From NCBI GenBank assembly GCA_964036045.1, contig OZ038378.1:59644001-59708000 (forward strand): DNA of 64,000 nt, in the 5' to 3' direction. Below are positions 25,575 through 37,519 of the stretch, piece by piece. Positions within the stretch are counted from its first letter, which is position 1; each line of letters begins with the position of its first letter. The notes beneath the pieces are model-generated. The model was not told the DNA's origin, made no database searches, and was given only the letters and a program-made list of their open reading frames with translations. The stretch comes from Eutreptiella sp. 'Long Island Sound 2002' (lineage: Eukaryota; Protista; Euglenida). A program made the translations under genes and the position numbers.

Positions 25575-26006
25575 TCCCTGATTAAAGTAGCAGCTGATTG
25601 CATTGACAAGGCCATGGGTAGTTACACAGATGTGCATGGCATATCACACTCAATTTTGCAATTTGCAAGCACACATGAGGGAGAGACCATCGCAACCCTG
25701 CCGCGTAAAGTGCTGTGGACATCACGACAAGCGATGTGGGTCACACGTTGCCTTTTCCGGTTTAATTCATTGCGTGACACGCGCAAGTACCACACCTTTT
25801 CGTGTGTATGGGCCCCAAAGCTGATGGAGCTAGCCAAGTGGCTTGGTGCCAGCAGTTTCTCCTCTTATTTTCGTTCTATACGTTATGCAATACTTGAACT
25901 CCTTAACACAGGTACGTTGGTACCGAGATTTTTTATGGGGGATTGGTTTTTCACCTAGCAGAGCAGTCAGAGATCCAAACATCGCAAACTCAATAAGGAA
26001 GCTAGG

Positions 26007-26636
26007 GTGGCTCCGGCATTAGCAGAGGTGCAACCATATGTGTCTCGAGATTGGCTTGTACTTTACACAGATGGGTCCTCTGTGCGTATGGATCTGGCGG
26101 GATGGGTTGCGGGCTTCGGTGTCTACTGCCCGCAGCTTAGTATAAAGCATGCCATGCCAAACCCGGAGGGAGAGAGGCAGACAAACAATGCTGCCGAACT
26201 ATTTGCTGTGCTCTTGGTTTTGGAACACTTCACCACCGGTAAAATTGTGATTGCACTGGATAGCAAGATTGTAAATGACACCATCAAGGGAGGGGTGCAG
26301 AAATGGAAAGACAATGGCTGGCGGTGCTCGACAGGACCACTGGATAATGTACATTGCTGGGCGGCTTTGCTTCCGTTTTTGAACATGCCAGGAAGAGAGC
26401 TCAGAACGGTACTACACCCCTCTCACTGTGACATCAGAGGAAATGTAGTAGCCAACGATATGGTTGAATTGGGTAGCAGCCGCAACCCCCTGAATGTGAC
26501 ACATACAGACGGAATGCAATGCAGAGCAGAGATTCTCAATGAAACTCCGTTGCCTGGGAGGCAGCGACCTTGCTCTAGATCTCAGACAGCTTTTGATACA
26601 GATTTTTACATTGATGTGGATCTGGGATCAGACTGA
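26007..26636 (+). pseudogene. ORF2 RNase H domain (RNase H1-like)
   Basis: LYTDGS, GFGVY, QTNNAAEL, ALDSK, WKDNGW, HPSH, GNVVAND (last catalytic Asp appears changed to Asn). Confidence 0.88.
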
Positions 26637-26828
26637 GGCATCTGGGGCACACCGCTGCCCTCAGATGATCAAGAGTTTATTTCTACAGCTGATGAACCAG
26701 AAGGGGATTTGCCCGTAGCCAGAAGTTTGTTCTAGTAGCAACAGCCGCAAACAGCAGGAGTCTGGTGGCCTTTTGCTAATTTGGTGGGCTGCTGGGCACC
26801 TTTTGCCCATAGAAGATACTTAACTCTT

Positions 26829-27248
26829 TTAAGCTCTCTACCAACGGTTGGAGTTGTTGCTACCTAGGATGCCGGTTCGAATCGGTCGCCATCCAGCTGC
26901 TGTGTCTCAACACTGCAGCACTGCGTTGACGTGGGCGCCAGCCCCGCGAATGTATGGTGACCTGCTGGTTCATACGAACCACGTCCGTATCGCGGATAAG
27001 GCAGTCACTTTATATTCGCCAAGTCTGCCTCCAGCGACCCTGCCACAGCGAGGTGGACCAGGAAGGTTGGGGCCATCCTGCTTGGCCGTCAACGGCTGCT
27101 CCGACATTTTCAGCTTTGTGTTACCAGTTTGAATGCTGTTTGCTGCCCAGATGGTCCCTCTGGCCTTTGTTGTTTTTGAGTGGGCCCGAAGGGTGCAACA
27201 GGAGGAGTCTCTTAAGCTCTCGACCAACGGTTGGAGTTGTTGCTACCT
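26829..27248 (+). repeat. 37-bp direct repeat pair (26829-26865 and 27212-27248)
   Basis: TTAAGCTCTC(T/G)ACCAACGGTTGGAGTTGTTGCTACCT, one mismatch. Confidence 0.85.
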
Positions 27249-28479
27249 GTACCCTTAAGGGAGAATCTGAGAGGTTCATCTTACTTTCTGCACCCACAAC
27301 CATGGACTGGTCAAGTCCTGGATGTCAGATGTTAGAGTAGCTTCGCCGGGCGGGTGCCTAATGGCTTTTTGCCCCAAGAGGGCGAGTCGTCAGGCACCTC
27401 TTGCCCATAGAGGCTCCTGTCATCGACAGAGCTATTTGACACCATACACTCTCTTTATTGCCTCTTGCGGCCATGAGGGAGATGCACTGAAGTTGCACTC
27501 TGCTTCTTGCTTTCCTTACCCTGAACACGTCAGGACTTGCATGTCTGATGGCAGTGCACCGCACTGCATGCAACCACAGATTGCACTGCATGCGTGACCT
27601 GCGGCACACGGGTATGCGGATGCTAATGTAGGTGTGCACAACGGATGCCACGTGGTTGCAGATGCCAAACTGCACACAGGTATGTCCCTATAACCCCGAG
27701 TTCAGCCAGACCGGCTGCAGGTTTTGGACGACAATTCAGGTGTTTTGGATTACTGTGCCCTAAGCATCTTCAGTGGAGTCATAGCACTAAGGCCACATGA
27801 GGCTTGTCGGTACACACTATTGGTGTCTGATGATGGTGCCCTATCCATGTTGTATGATAGACACCAGCATTGTGTTCATAGCAATACACTGAACTGAATT
27901 GGATTAATGATGTGAGAGGCCCACTCCCTCCGCAAGACGGGGCAGGCGTGCAAGTTGGGGCGCAAACCCTGGACGATGTTGTGGGTAGCATTTTCACCGG
28001 CCCCAGCTCCACCAGAGCGTGCAGGGCTGCCCTCCTCGCCCCTGCTCCACTTCAGCCCCCACCCCCTCACCCACGGGGCGCTGCACTGCGCCGCACCGCA
28101 ATGAAGCACCTTGCGGGGACCGCAAGCGCTCCCATCTAGACCCAAAAACAGCGCGGGCACGCCTGCCCCTTCGACAACGTGGCTAGTGCAGCCCGCTTCC
28201 CAAGCGGGCCGCCTGCCCACATTTTTTTTGATGGGGCTTGCCCTAAGGCCGCCCCGTCCAAGGAATCTGCCTCTTGCGGCGCCGGGCAACTCGCCCCCAC
28301 GGGGTACAGCCCAACCTAATAGGTGGCATGGGAGGGCTACTTCCGGTGAGACATACTCTTTACCGGCTTGTCCCTCTAAGCCGCCGTTTACCATGGGGGG
28401 TGGGGGGCTGAACTCAAGGATCGGACCCCCCCCCCCAACCCATCGACCTCTGTACATAGGCCCACGGACAGTAAAAGCG

Positions 28480-30660
28480 CAATACCCTCTTCATGTGTTT
28501 TTCACCCTCTTTGGGTGTTTGGATAGGGGAAGGGGGCTAGGGCACAACCTGCTTCTCGTTGTTAAAAATAAACCGCAAAATTGATTTCACCTCTCGGCAC
28601 CTCCGAGCTGCTTGAACACCAAACGATCAATCAAAAACCTGCGACCTTCAATCAGTGAGGCACGTGAAACAATGGAGCGTATTCTTTTTGATCACATAAG
28701 TTCCCGTACATGTTGCGGCCCAACAAGGCCCTCATCATCGCGCGGTGTAAAACACACAAGAATTTTGTGTACTCATCAAATGACACAGCAAGTACAACAA
28801 GTTATCCTAAGTAAGGCATGTTTTACACCCTCCTCATGTGTTTTTCACCGTGTTTAAGTGGTTGCACCTGGGCAAGGGGCTAGGGCACAACCTGCTAATG
28901 GAGCCTTGAACCCTAATCGGCTCGAAAATGTTGATTTCCGACCCCGATTTTGACCACTGAAAGCAATCGAATATTACATGTGAAGTATGTCTTGGATTCT
29001 TTGCATCTGTTGTTTAGCCTCTTTGGGTGTTTGGATAGGGGCAAGGGACCGGGGCACAACCTGCCAAAGCAACTTTGCACCCTCAACAAACTCAAAAAGG
29101 GGAATTTGCGCCATTGCTTCTTGTTCTTTTTTTACCATTCATAGTCACAAAATATCCTTTTTCAAGCATGTTTTAGACCCTCTTCATGTGTTTGTCACCC
29201 TCTTTGGACGGGCGCAAGTGGCTAGGGCACAACTTGCTTATGTAGTTTTGAGCCTTGGCAGCTTAGAAATGGAACTTTTTTGAAACCAATTTTTTCCATG
29301 TTGCCACCCTTCACAGTAATCAAATATCCCATGTAAAACAAGTTTTAGACCCTCTTTATGTGGTTTTCAACCTTTGTGGGTTTTTGGACGAGGGCAAGGG
29401 GCTGGGGCGCCACTTGCAAGTGTAGTTTTTCTCCTTCGGTAGCTCAAAAATGCGATTTGGAAACCCATTTCTTTTACATATTTGATTACACATTCACGGT
29501 AATGAAATACTCTATGTATAGGATGTTTAAACCTTGTTAATGTTTTTTTCATCCTCCTGAGGTGTTCGGACGGGGGCTAGGGGCGAGGGCACAATCTGCT
29601 TGTGCAACTTATTGTCCTTGGCTGCTCAAAAACGGGATTTTCCGAAACCAATTTTTTTGATATTTTCGGCATTGACAATGTTCAAATATCCTATTTGCCG
29701 CTTGTTTTAGACCCTCATTACGTGTCTTGGACCGTGTTGTGGTGTTTGGATGAGGGCAAAGGGCTGAAGCACGACGTACTTATGTAGCTTCCTACCCTCG
29801 GGAGCTCCAAAATTGGGAATTTCCGAACCTTTTTTTTTTGACATCGTGACCATTCATGTTGATCAAATATACTGTTTATAGGTTGTTTTAGACCATGGTT
29901 ATCTATTTTTCAACCTCTTTTTCGTGTTTGCACGGGAGGGAGGGGGTCCCAAGGGGGCTGGGGCACAACCTGTTCAAGGAGTGTTCCACCCTCCCCAACT
30001 CAAAAATTGGAAATTTCCAAAACCCATTTTCTTCACATTACGGCCATCCACAATGATCAAGTATCCTATGTCAACCACTTTTTAGACCCTCTTCATGTGG
30101 TTTGCACCCACTTTGGGTGTTTGGATGGCCGCAAGGTGCTAGGGCACATCCTGCTGCTTCTCTTGCAACTAAATCGCAAAATTCATCTCACTCCCAGGCA
30201 CCTCCGAGATGCTTGTGCGACCAATAATCAATGAGAAACCCCGGACCTTCAAACAGTGCAGTACATGAAACGACGGAGCATGTTCTTTTTGATCACCACA
30301 GTTCCCGTGCATGTTTCGGCCTAACAAGGCCCTCATCAAGGGAAGGTGTAAAACATACAAGCATTGTGTTTACACATGAATTGATGCTAACTGTACAACC
30401 AATTTCTTTTAATGCTCTGCCCATCCACAATGATCCCACATCCTATGTACAGCATGTTTTAGACCTTCTTCATGTGTTTTTCACCCTCTTTGGGCATTTG
30501 GAAGGGGGGGCGGGGCTCCCAAGGGGCCTTGGGGCCAACTTGTTTATGCAACTTTCCACCGTCGATAGCTAACTTGGAAACTAAGTTTTTTATATTTGAC
30601 CATTAACATTAACCACTGTGGAAAGCATGTTTTATACCCTCTTCATGTGTTTTTCACGTT
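28480..30660 (+). repeat. ~180-bp satellite array with long variant monomers
   Basis: Core anchors at about 28800, 28975, 29155, 29327, 29510, 29688, 29870, 30064 and 30441. Confidence 0.85.
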
Positions 30661-32164
30661 TTTGGCCGCATTTCTGCGGCCCTGGGTGACCGCGCCTTAC
30701 CGCGATGGCGATCCCCCGCCCCCTTCCGGTCTCGGCATGGCTGGGGCGGGCCAGACCGGCGTCCGCGGCGCTGCCGGCACCAGAGAGGCCCTCGCAGCGC
30801 GCCCGGAGGCTGGAACCGCGGCGGCTGGCCCGGCAGGCGCCCTCCCCCGACCGCGACGTGGTGCCCGCGTCCCGACGTGCGCGCAGAGCGAGCCCGCCGC
30901 GCCCGGCAGCAACAGATGACCCCCCCCCCCCCCCACTTCCCCACAAGGGACAGCCGCACTGAGGCTGCAAGATGTTTTCTGCAGCATATCGGCTGCCCTG
31001 CTGGCACAGGGGGGCAGGCGACCCTGCCCCCATTGCGGTCCCGAACCGCCCCCCCCCCCCTCCCCACAGGGCAGACAGGGCAGGCAGGTCAGGCAGGGCC
31101 GGGTGCAGGGGCACAGGGAACAGCGAACAGTGCACAGCACCAGGGTGCACCACCAGCACAGTGTGCAACGCACAGCGCACAGCACCACGACAGTGCACTT
31201 GCACTGCCAGCACAGAGCACGTCACACAGTACACCACAGGATGCAGCACACAGTGCACCACAGGGTGCAGCACACAGTGCACCACAGGATGCAGCACACA
31301 GTGCACCACAGGATGCAGCACACAGCACAGCACACAGTGCAGCACAAGGTGCAGCACACAGCACAGCACACGGTGCAGCACACAGCACAGCGAATGCAGC
31401 ACACAGTGCACCACAGGATGCAGCACACAGCACAGCACACAGTGCAAGCGCAGCACACAGTGCAGCACACAGTACATCACACAGCGCAGCACACAGTGCA
31501 GCACACAGTGCAGCACACAGCACAGCACACAGTGCAGTACACAGTGCAGCACGCGCGGCACGCCGGGCGCAGGGCCCAGGACGACCGGGGCCCCTGCGCC
31601 AGGCCACACTGTTTTCTATGGGGCTGCCAGTGCGGCAGCCCCCTGCGACGCATCGCCCCCCTGGGGCGCCCGACGCCGTAGCGCCGGCGTCCCCTGGGGG
31701 AATATCCATGCCTAACCTGGCGCACGGGAGGGCGAGCACGGAAGAGACATAGTCTGGACCGACTCGTCCCTCTGTTCCGCCGTGCACCACAGGCGGGGGG
31801 CAATCAGCCCGGGGGGAAGGCGCAGAACTCCGAGATCGGCCCTTTCCCCCAGCCCCTCGACCTCTGTACATAGGCTCATGGACAGTAAAAGCGCAATACC
31901 TTCTTCATGTGTTTTTCACCCTCTTTGGGCATTTGGAAGGGGGGGCGGGGCTCCCAAGGGGCCTTGGGGCCAACTTGTTTATGCAACTTTCCACCGTCGA
32001 TAGCTAATTTGGAAACTAAGTTTTTTATATTTGACCATTAACATTAACCACTATGGAAAGCATGTTTTATACCCTCTTCATGTGTTTTTCACGTTTTTCG
32101 CCGCATTTCTGCGGCCCTGGGTGACCGCGCCTTACCGCGATGGCGATCCCCCGCCCCCTTCCGG
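30463..32164 (+). repeat. 267-bp near-identical direct repeats (30463-30729 and 31898-32164), offset 1435 bp
   Basis: Compared by eye; only a few differences. Confidence 0.85.
31117..31553. repeat. Minisatellite built from GCAGCACACAGT / GCACCACAGGAT / CACAG units
   Basis: Seen directly. It generates the periodic HTVQ and CTVCC pseudo-ORFs. Confidence 0.9.
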
Positions 32165-32504
32165 GGCCGCAGGCGGACACCGACTGCCGCCCCCGTGACA
32201 CTGCCAGCCACGTTCCGCATAGCCTCCCGTGCCATTTCCGTCGACACGGGGGGAAAGCCATCTGACCCACTGGCGGACACGCCCTCTGCGCCTCCGCCGG
32301 CGCAGTCCTCACTATCGCTGCCGCAGCAGCAGCAGCACAATAGGGCAAGCACGGAAGAGACCGAGTCTCCTCCTTTGCATCCCTCCTGGTTGCTGTGCGG
32401 GCACAGGCGCGGGGCTTGTAGGGGAGGATATGGGCGCCTGAACTCAACTCGGCCCACCTCCTCGCCCCTCGACCTCTGTACATATGCCAGCGGACGCTAA
32501 AAGA

Positions 32505-33310
32505 GGAATTCCCTCTTCGTGTGTTTTGCACCCTCATTGGGTGTTTGGATAGGGGCAAGGGGCTAGGGCATAGCCTCTTGCTTGTTTTTGAAGCAAACCA
32601 CAAAACTGATTTCACATCTAGGCACCCCCAAGCTGCTTGAAGACCAAACAATCAATCAAAAAGTACAGATCTTCAAATGCTTAGGTGCGTGAAACGATGG
32701 AGTGTCTTCTTTTTGATCACCTAATTTCATAATTTCATGTTTTGGCCCAACAGGGCCCTCATCATCGCGGGGTGTAAAACACACACTAATTTTTTTCATA
32801 CATCAAGTGACAGTGAAATCACAACGGATTTTGTTGATATTTTGGCCATCCACAATGTTCAAATATCCTATGTAAAGCCTGTTTTAGAGCCTCTTCATGT
32901 ATTTTTCACCCTCTTTGGGTGTATGGACAGGGGGGCAGGGGGCTCCCAAGGGCGCTGGGGCTCAACCTATTTATGCATCTTTCCACCCTCGCAGCTCAAA
33001 AATGGGAGTTTCCGAAACCGTTTTTTTTTTGACATTGTGACCATTCCCAATGATCAAATATGCTACGTAAATCATGTTTTACACCATGTTTATGTGGATT
33101 TCACTTGGTTTGGGTGTTTGGACAGGGGCAAGGGGCTGGGACACAACCTGCTAATGCAGTTTTCCACCCTCCGTAGCTCAAAAATGGAAATTTCCGAAAA
33201 CTCTTTTTCATACACACACCATTCACAGTTATCAAATATCCTATGTAAAGCATGTTTTAGACCCTCTTTATGTTTTTTTCACACTGTTTGGGTGTCCGAA
33301 CGGGGTTGGT
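32505..33310 (+). repeat. ~180-bp satellite array
   Basis: Core at about 32515, 32867, 33060 and 33240. Confidence 0.8.
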
Positions 33311-34630
33311 GGGCTTCTGAATGATTTGTGACTAAATGACTGACGGTCTGACTGTGCTCCTTCCTTCTTCGCGGTGCCTTGCCGATAAGCAATAGAATTA
33401 TGGAAAAAAAGGGCTAGGAAATGACTTTTGATAGGATCTTACCCAGAGTGCTAAAAAGTAGCCATTTTACCCCTTAAGATAGCCCATCCTTAGGCTTTAG
33501 CCGCGCCATACCTTTGCAGTTGGAAACATTCCCCTTCTATTTGCTCATTTTTATCATTCACAGTCACTTTTATGGGGTTGATAATCACTCACGTCACCAA
33601 TTTTGTCCCTAAGTTGCCTATTTTTAGCTGATGATGTCATGCCCTATTTTTCGCCCTTCCAACCCCTTACTTGGCCCCAAAACCCACCCCTTTCCACTTA
33701 AATACATTCCAAATTTTTTTGAGTTACCCACCCTCAAAATATGGAGGGATTGTTCTTACTTCCACACATCGATGCGAAACTTGCAAAAATTCCTACGACG
33801 TGCCAAAATCCTCCATGTTGGCATCAACTGAATGTCCTCAGAGATATTCATGCTCGCTCTCTTTCTCGATCTTGGGCTCTCTCTCTTCATCTCATCTTCA
33901 TCTTGCACACATCCAGCCCCCCCCCTCCCCGGCCCCACACTGGAAGCACATGCACAGTGCATCAACGAGAGCTATAGCACACCGGACACAGCGCTATAAC
34001 TATGCAATGAACTATGCACTATGAAATGCGCAATAACCGAATGGCCTGTGACACGGGGGTGTTTGGTCACTGAGTATCCGTTCCTTCATGGCCCTCCTGC
34101 CCCACACACGTGCTGTTGCGTGCTAACCACACGTCCTGCTTGCCTCAAACAATCCATTCTATGTTCTTCGGCTTCAGAATTGATATTTGTTGTTTTTGGT
34201 GCATCATTATAGATTTGCAGCATGTGGCCGCACACAGTGCGGCAACATGTGCCATGGCAACGAATATTGCGGAGGCCCAGCCACCAGGTAGGCACTCTCC
34301 CAAGGATTAGGGGGCATTGTCCATAGCAACACTGATCCTACCCCCCAATCTGTACCTGCACAGATGTGGAAACATCTGAATCCTTTGTTCTCAACATAAT
34401 CTAATTGTGCAAGGAGGTCCCGTTGAGCAACCTCCTGGTATACATCAGTGATTCACTCCCAGTCACTCTGTGCCCATTATTGATCAGGAGACACAGCACG
34501 CTGCCAGTACAGCGCCTGCCCATGAAGGTCCAGCTCTGCTGCAGCGGAGAGCTACGCAATATGACCGCTCTGTGTAGATTGGCGGTGCAGATGTGCCTTT
34601 CCGCTGCTGCTATGTACTTTTTGCTCTCAG

Positions 34631-34914
34631 GGTGCAGTGCGAAGCTGGGCCACCGGACCGAAACCTGCTCATGTGGTGCAGCATGCCCTGCAGCAGCTGC
34701 AGAAATGCACTTCGACAGCACAATGGCGAGCCACCTTCCAGGAGAACGTCGGGCACAAAGGCGTGCCTGTGGAGTCCCTCATAATGGGGATTCTTCAGTC
34801 GGAGTTGCCCAGCGTTCAGCTTTGGTGCGACCTGGCAGCATGGCTGCGAGCCAACACCCCTACTCAAAGGGAGTCAGCACACAACGTGCTGTGTCATATG
34901 GTGGCCACATGTAG
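34631..34914 (+). CDS. Possible isolated host exon, function unknown
   Basis: Preceded by TTTTTGCTCTCAG and followed by AG|GTATAT. The frame is open (GAVRSWATG...HMVATCR) and CAG/CTG are retained, unlike the TE relics. No homology recognised. Confidence 0.25.
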
Positions 34915-35070
34915 GTATATGGCGCTGTGGTTGTAGCTGTGGTTTTGGCATTCTGGCTGTGGATGTGGATGTGGGTCTGGATCTGTGGCTGTATTTGTAG
35001 CTGTGTGTAGATGTCTGTGGCTGTCTCTCTGTCTGTGTCCGTGTCCTTGTGTGTGTGTGTGTGTCTGTGC
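34915..35070. repeat. TG-rich low-complexity tract
   Basis: Degenerate TGTGGC / TGTGTC / (GT)n. Confidence 0.7.
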
Positions 35071-36755
35071 GTGCATGTGTCTGGTGGTGTTACAAGGAGA
35101 GTTTTCCTCAGTCGCAACTTATGTCTGGGTCGCTATGAAGTATCTGTGTGTCTGTATGTGTGCGTCAAGTTGGGGGTGCGTGGGGGGGGTTCAGAACCTT
35201 CCTCTGCCTGTGCCTCATAGGATCACAGTGATGTTCCGGGAGTTAATGCTGTTCCCATCCAGCTGAATGGACTCACCGTCCTCAGTTTTCTCAAAGACAA
35301 TGGTATACGAGCAGATTCTGCCATTTGGTCCACGTGGAACCTTGGCAATTTTACTACTGCGCAATGGAGAATTAAGGGTAAGTGAAAACCCTCTTAGGAT
35401 AGCACAATTTTGCATGATGAACACAAAAATGTTACAATCACTGTCATCCCTGTAGAAGAGTTCAACTCTCTCAAAACAAAATCAATGGTTGCAAGGAAAA
35501 AGCTCCCTGTAGCTGAGACAGACAAGAAACTGTCGTAACATATGATGTCCACTAGTACAACAATTCCTTCCAACCAGCACAGGGTGTTTCCAGCAAGGGT
35601 GGACAGCAACAAGCAGCCATTTTTCTTGCTTCACTGTCTAAGCTGGCCACACTCAATGCTAATAGGTTGACCATGCTTGTTCCCAATGGGGACCGCTCTG
35701 AAGGGAGACTTCTTCATATTTCTCATTGTTTGTATCATAACAATGTGCATTTTTTTCGGCCCTTAGAGGCTCACATCAAGGATGAAAGGCTCTCGTTGCA
35801 AACTGGAAGTAAAGATGGCACAATTGGGCTGCTATCTTCTGGGCAACAATACTACCAAAGGCAGAGGTGTTTCTTGTATCATATTCCATTAGTCCTCGTC
35901 CCTACTCAAATCGTGGGCAATGGAAAAGTGGCACTTTTTTGTCACTTTGTTTCACCTAGATGGCATTCACCATCATTTTCAATTTTTCCTCTCCACCATG
36001 CTATAGTTATCAAACAGCAACAATGGCATGCACTGTCGAGTCTTTCCTCTAGTCTTTTGCCGGCGGACACAATTAGTTTGTCTGATCATAAAGTCCCTTC
36101 TTCTGACTTGTTGCCTGAACATGCATCCATTGCATCTTCACGTGACGCTGAATTGGACTTCATGGTGAGTCTTCATCTCATTGACACGTACGCTTGCTTT
36201 CATACCGGTAGACTAAATGATTTTGATTTAATGGGATGGCCCTAGGGGCTTTCCCCTGAAGAAAAGTACAAACTAGTCACCTTTTGATGCCCCTCTATCC
36301 TTCGACGTGTTTGACGATTTGCTTGACACACGCCGCTGCATTGCATTGCTAGGTTCCTCCTGCATGAAGATTTCCAAAGTTGTCAGATGTTAATGAAGGA
36401 GTGCTACTATCGCTTTGTTGCGAACTCGAACCACAAGGCTATTACTGTCACTTTTGCCGCCCTCCTACGAAGGAGGGACACCGCACTCATTGCCGTACCT
36501 CTTTTCTATCCTAGGTAGTTGTAGTCTCATGTGTTTCGACATACCTGGGCACCACAACCATAAGTGGTGAGCCAAATGGCCGTATGGCTTAAAGGCCATC
36601 AAAGCGGTAGCCTATTCTTTGGAAAAGCAATAGGGCTCATGGGGGCACATGGAGCTACGAGCTTTGCTGCTGGTGTCATTAGTGGGTGAAATCCCAATTA
36701 GGCCTTGGAGTCTTTCAAGGGGGGGTTTGGGGCATAAAGATGAATAAATGCATGC

Positions 36756-36915
36756 ATGTATGTATGTATGTATGTATGTATGTATGTATGTATGTATGTA
36801 TGTATGTATGTATGTATGTATGTATGTATGTATGTATGTATGTATGTATGTATGTATGTATGTATGTATGTATGTATGTATGTATGTATGTATGTATGTA
36901 TGTATGTATGTATGT
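36756..36915 (+). repeat. (ATGT)40 microsatellite
   Basis: Perfect 160-bp array, preceded by AATAAA at 36743. Confidence 0.97.
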
Positions 36916-37519
36916 AGCCAATGATACCCCCCCCCCTATTTCGCCCCGCCAACGGTCCGGAGGCGCCTTCCGCACCCCTTCAAGGCTTCCTCGCTCGCTT
37001 TGTTCACTCGGAACACATTGCCATGTCCATGGGTGAACGCCGTTAGCGTCCCATTTGGGGGGGAGGGGGCCAAATATTGGCACATAGTGTGTAAAACATG
37101 TAGACAGTGGCTACAATTAGCAGATTTCCTCTACTTGCAACAGACATTGTCTACAGTATACAGACTGCAATTTTCATGCTCCACAGGCAAAAGGGAGGAT
37201 TGTATGGGGAAAAGGAGTGGTATTCAGTGTACAATGTGCATATTCTTGCATATTGGGGGCCTTCAACCCCACATGTGGCGCTACACGCCCAGCCCGGGCA
37301 GTCCCACTAACCGGGGAACAGTGGGCGGCGCAAAGCTCTCATGTACCATATATATTTACATATAGTTTATGTAGATATGTGTGTATGTATACAAATTCTC
37401 GGTATCAAGGTTTTTCGTGCACCCCCTCCGCGAGGGTGGGTACGGCTCGAAACCCTCCCCCCAAGTTTCAGACCCCTATTTCCCCCAAAAAAAACGGCTT
37501 CCGAAACAAACCTGCAATT

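Larger units (their letters stand above)
20316..26640 (+). mobile_element. Near full-length L1-clade non-LTR retrotransposon with RNase H, pseudogenised; 3' end undefined (26.7-27.9 kb)
   Basis: Colinear SL, ORF1, then ORF2 (APE, RT, Zn knuckle, RNase H). ORF2 ATG at 22030 follows the ORF1 stop at 22017. Confidence 0.85.

Noticed and set aside
27820-27868. Box C/D snoRNA-like stem (TGGTGTCT..TGATGA..ATGA..AGACACCA)
   Set aside because: Too short, and box D does not match CTGA.
30632-31871. Cys/His/Ala-rich repeat proteins
   Set aside because: These are translations of the CACAG minisatellite, open in all frames.
35430-36245. Near-continuous plus-strand ORF of ~270 codons
   Set aside because: No recognisable motif. 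It may be a decayed TE protein or an antisense shadow, so no call is possible by eye.
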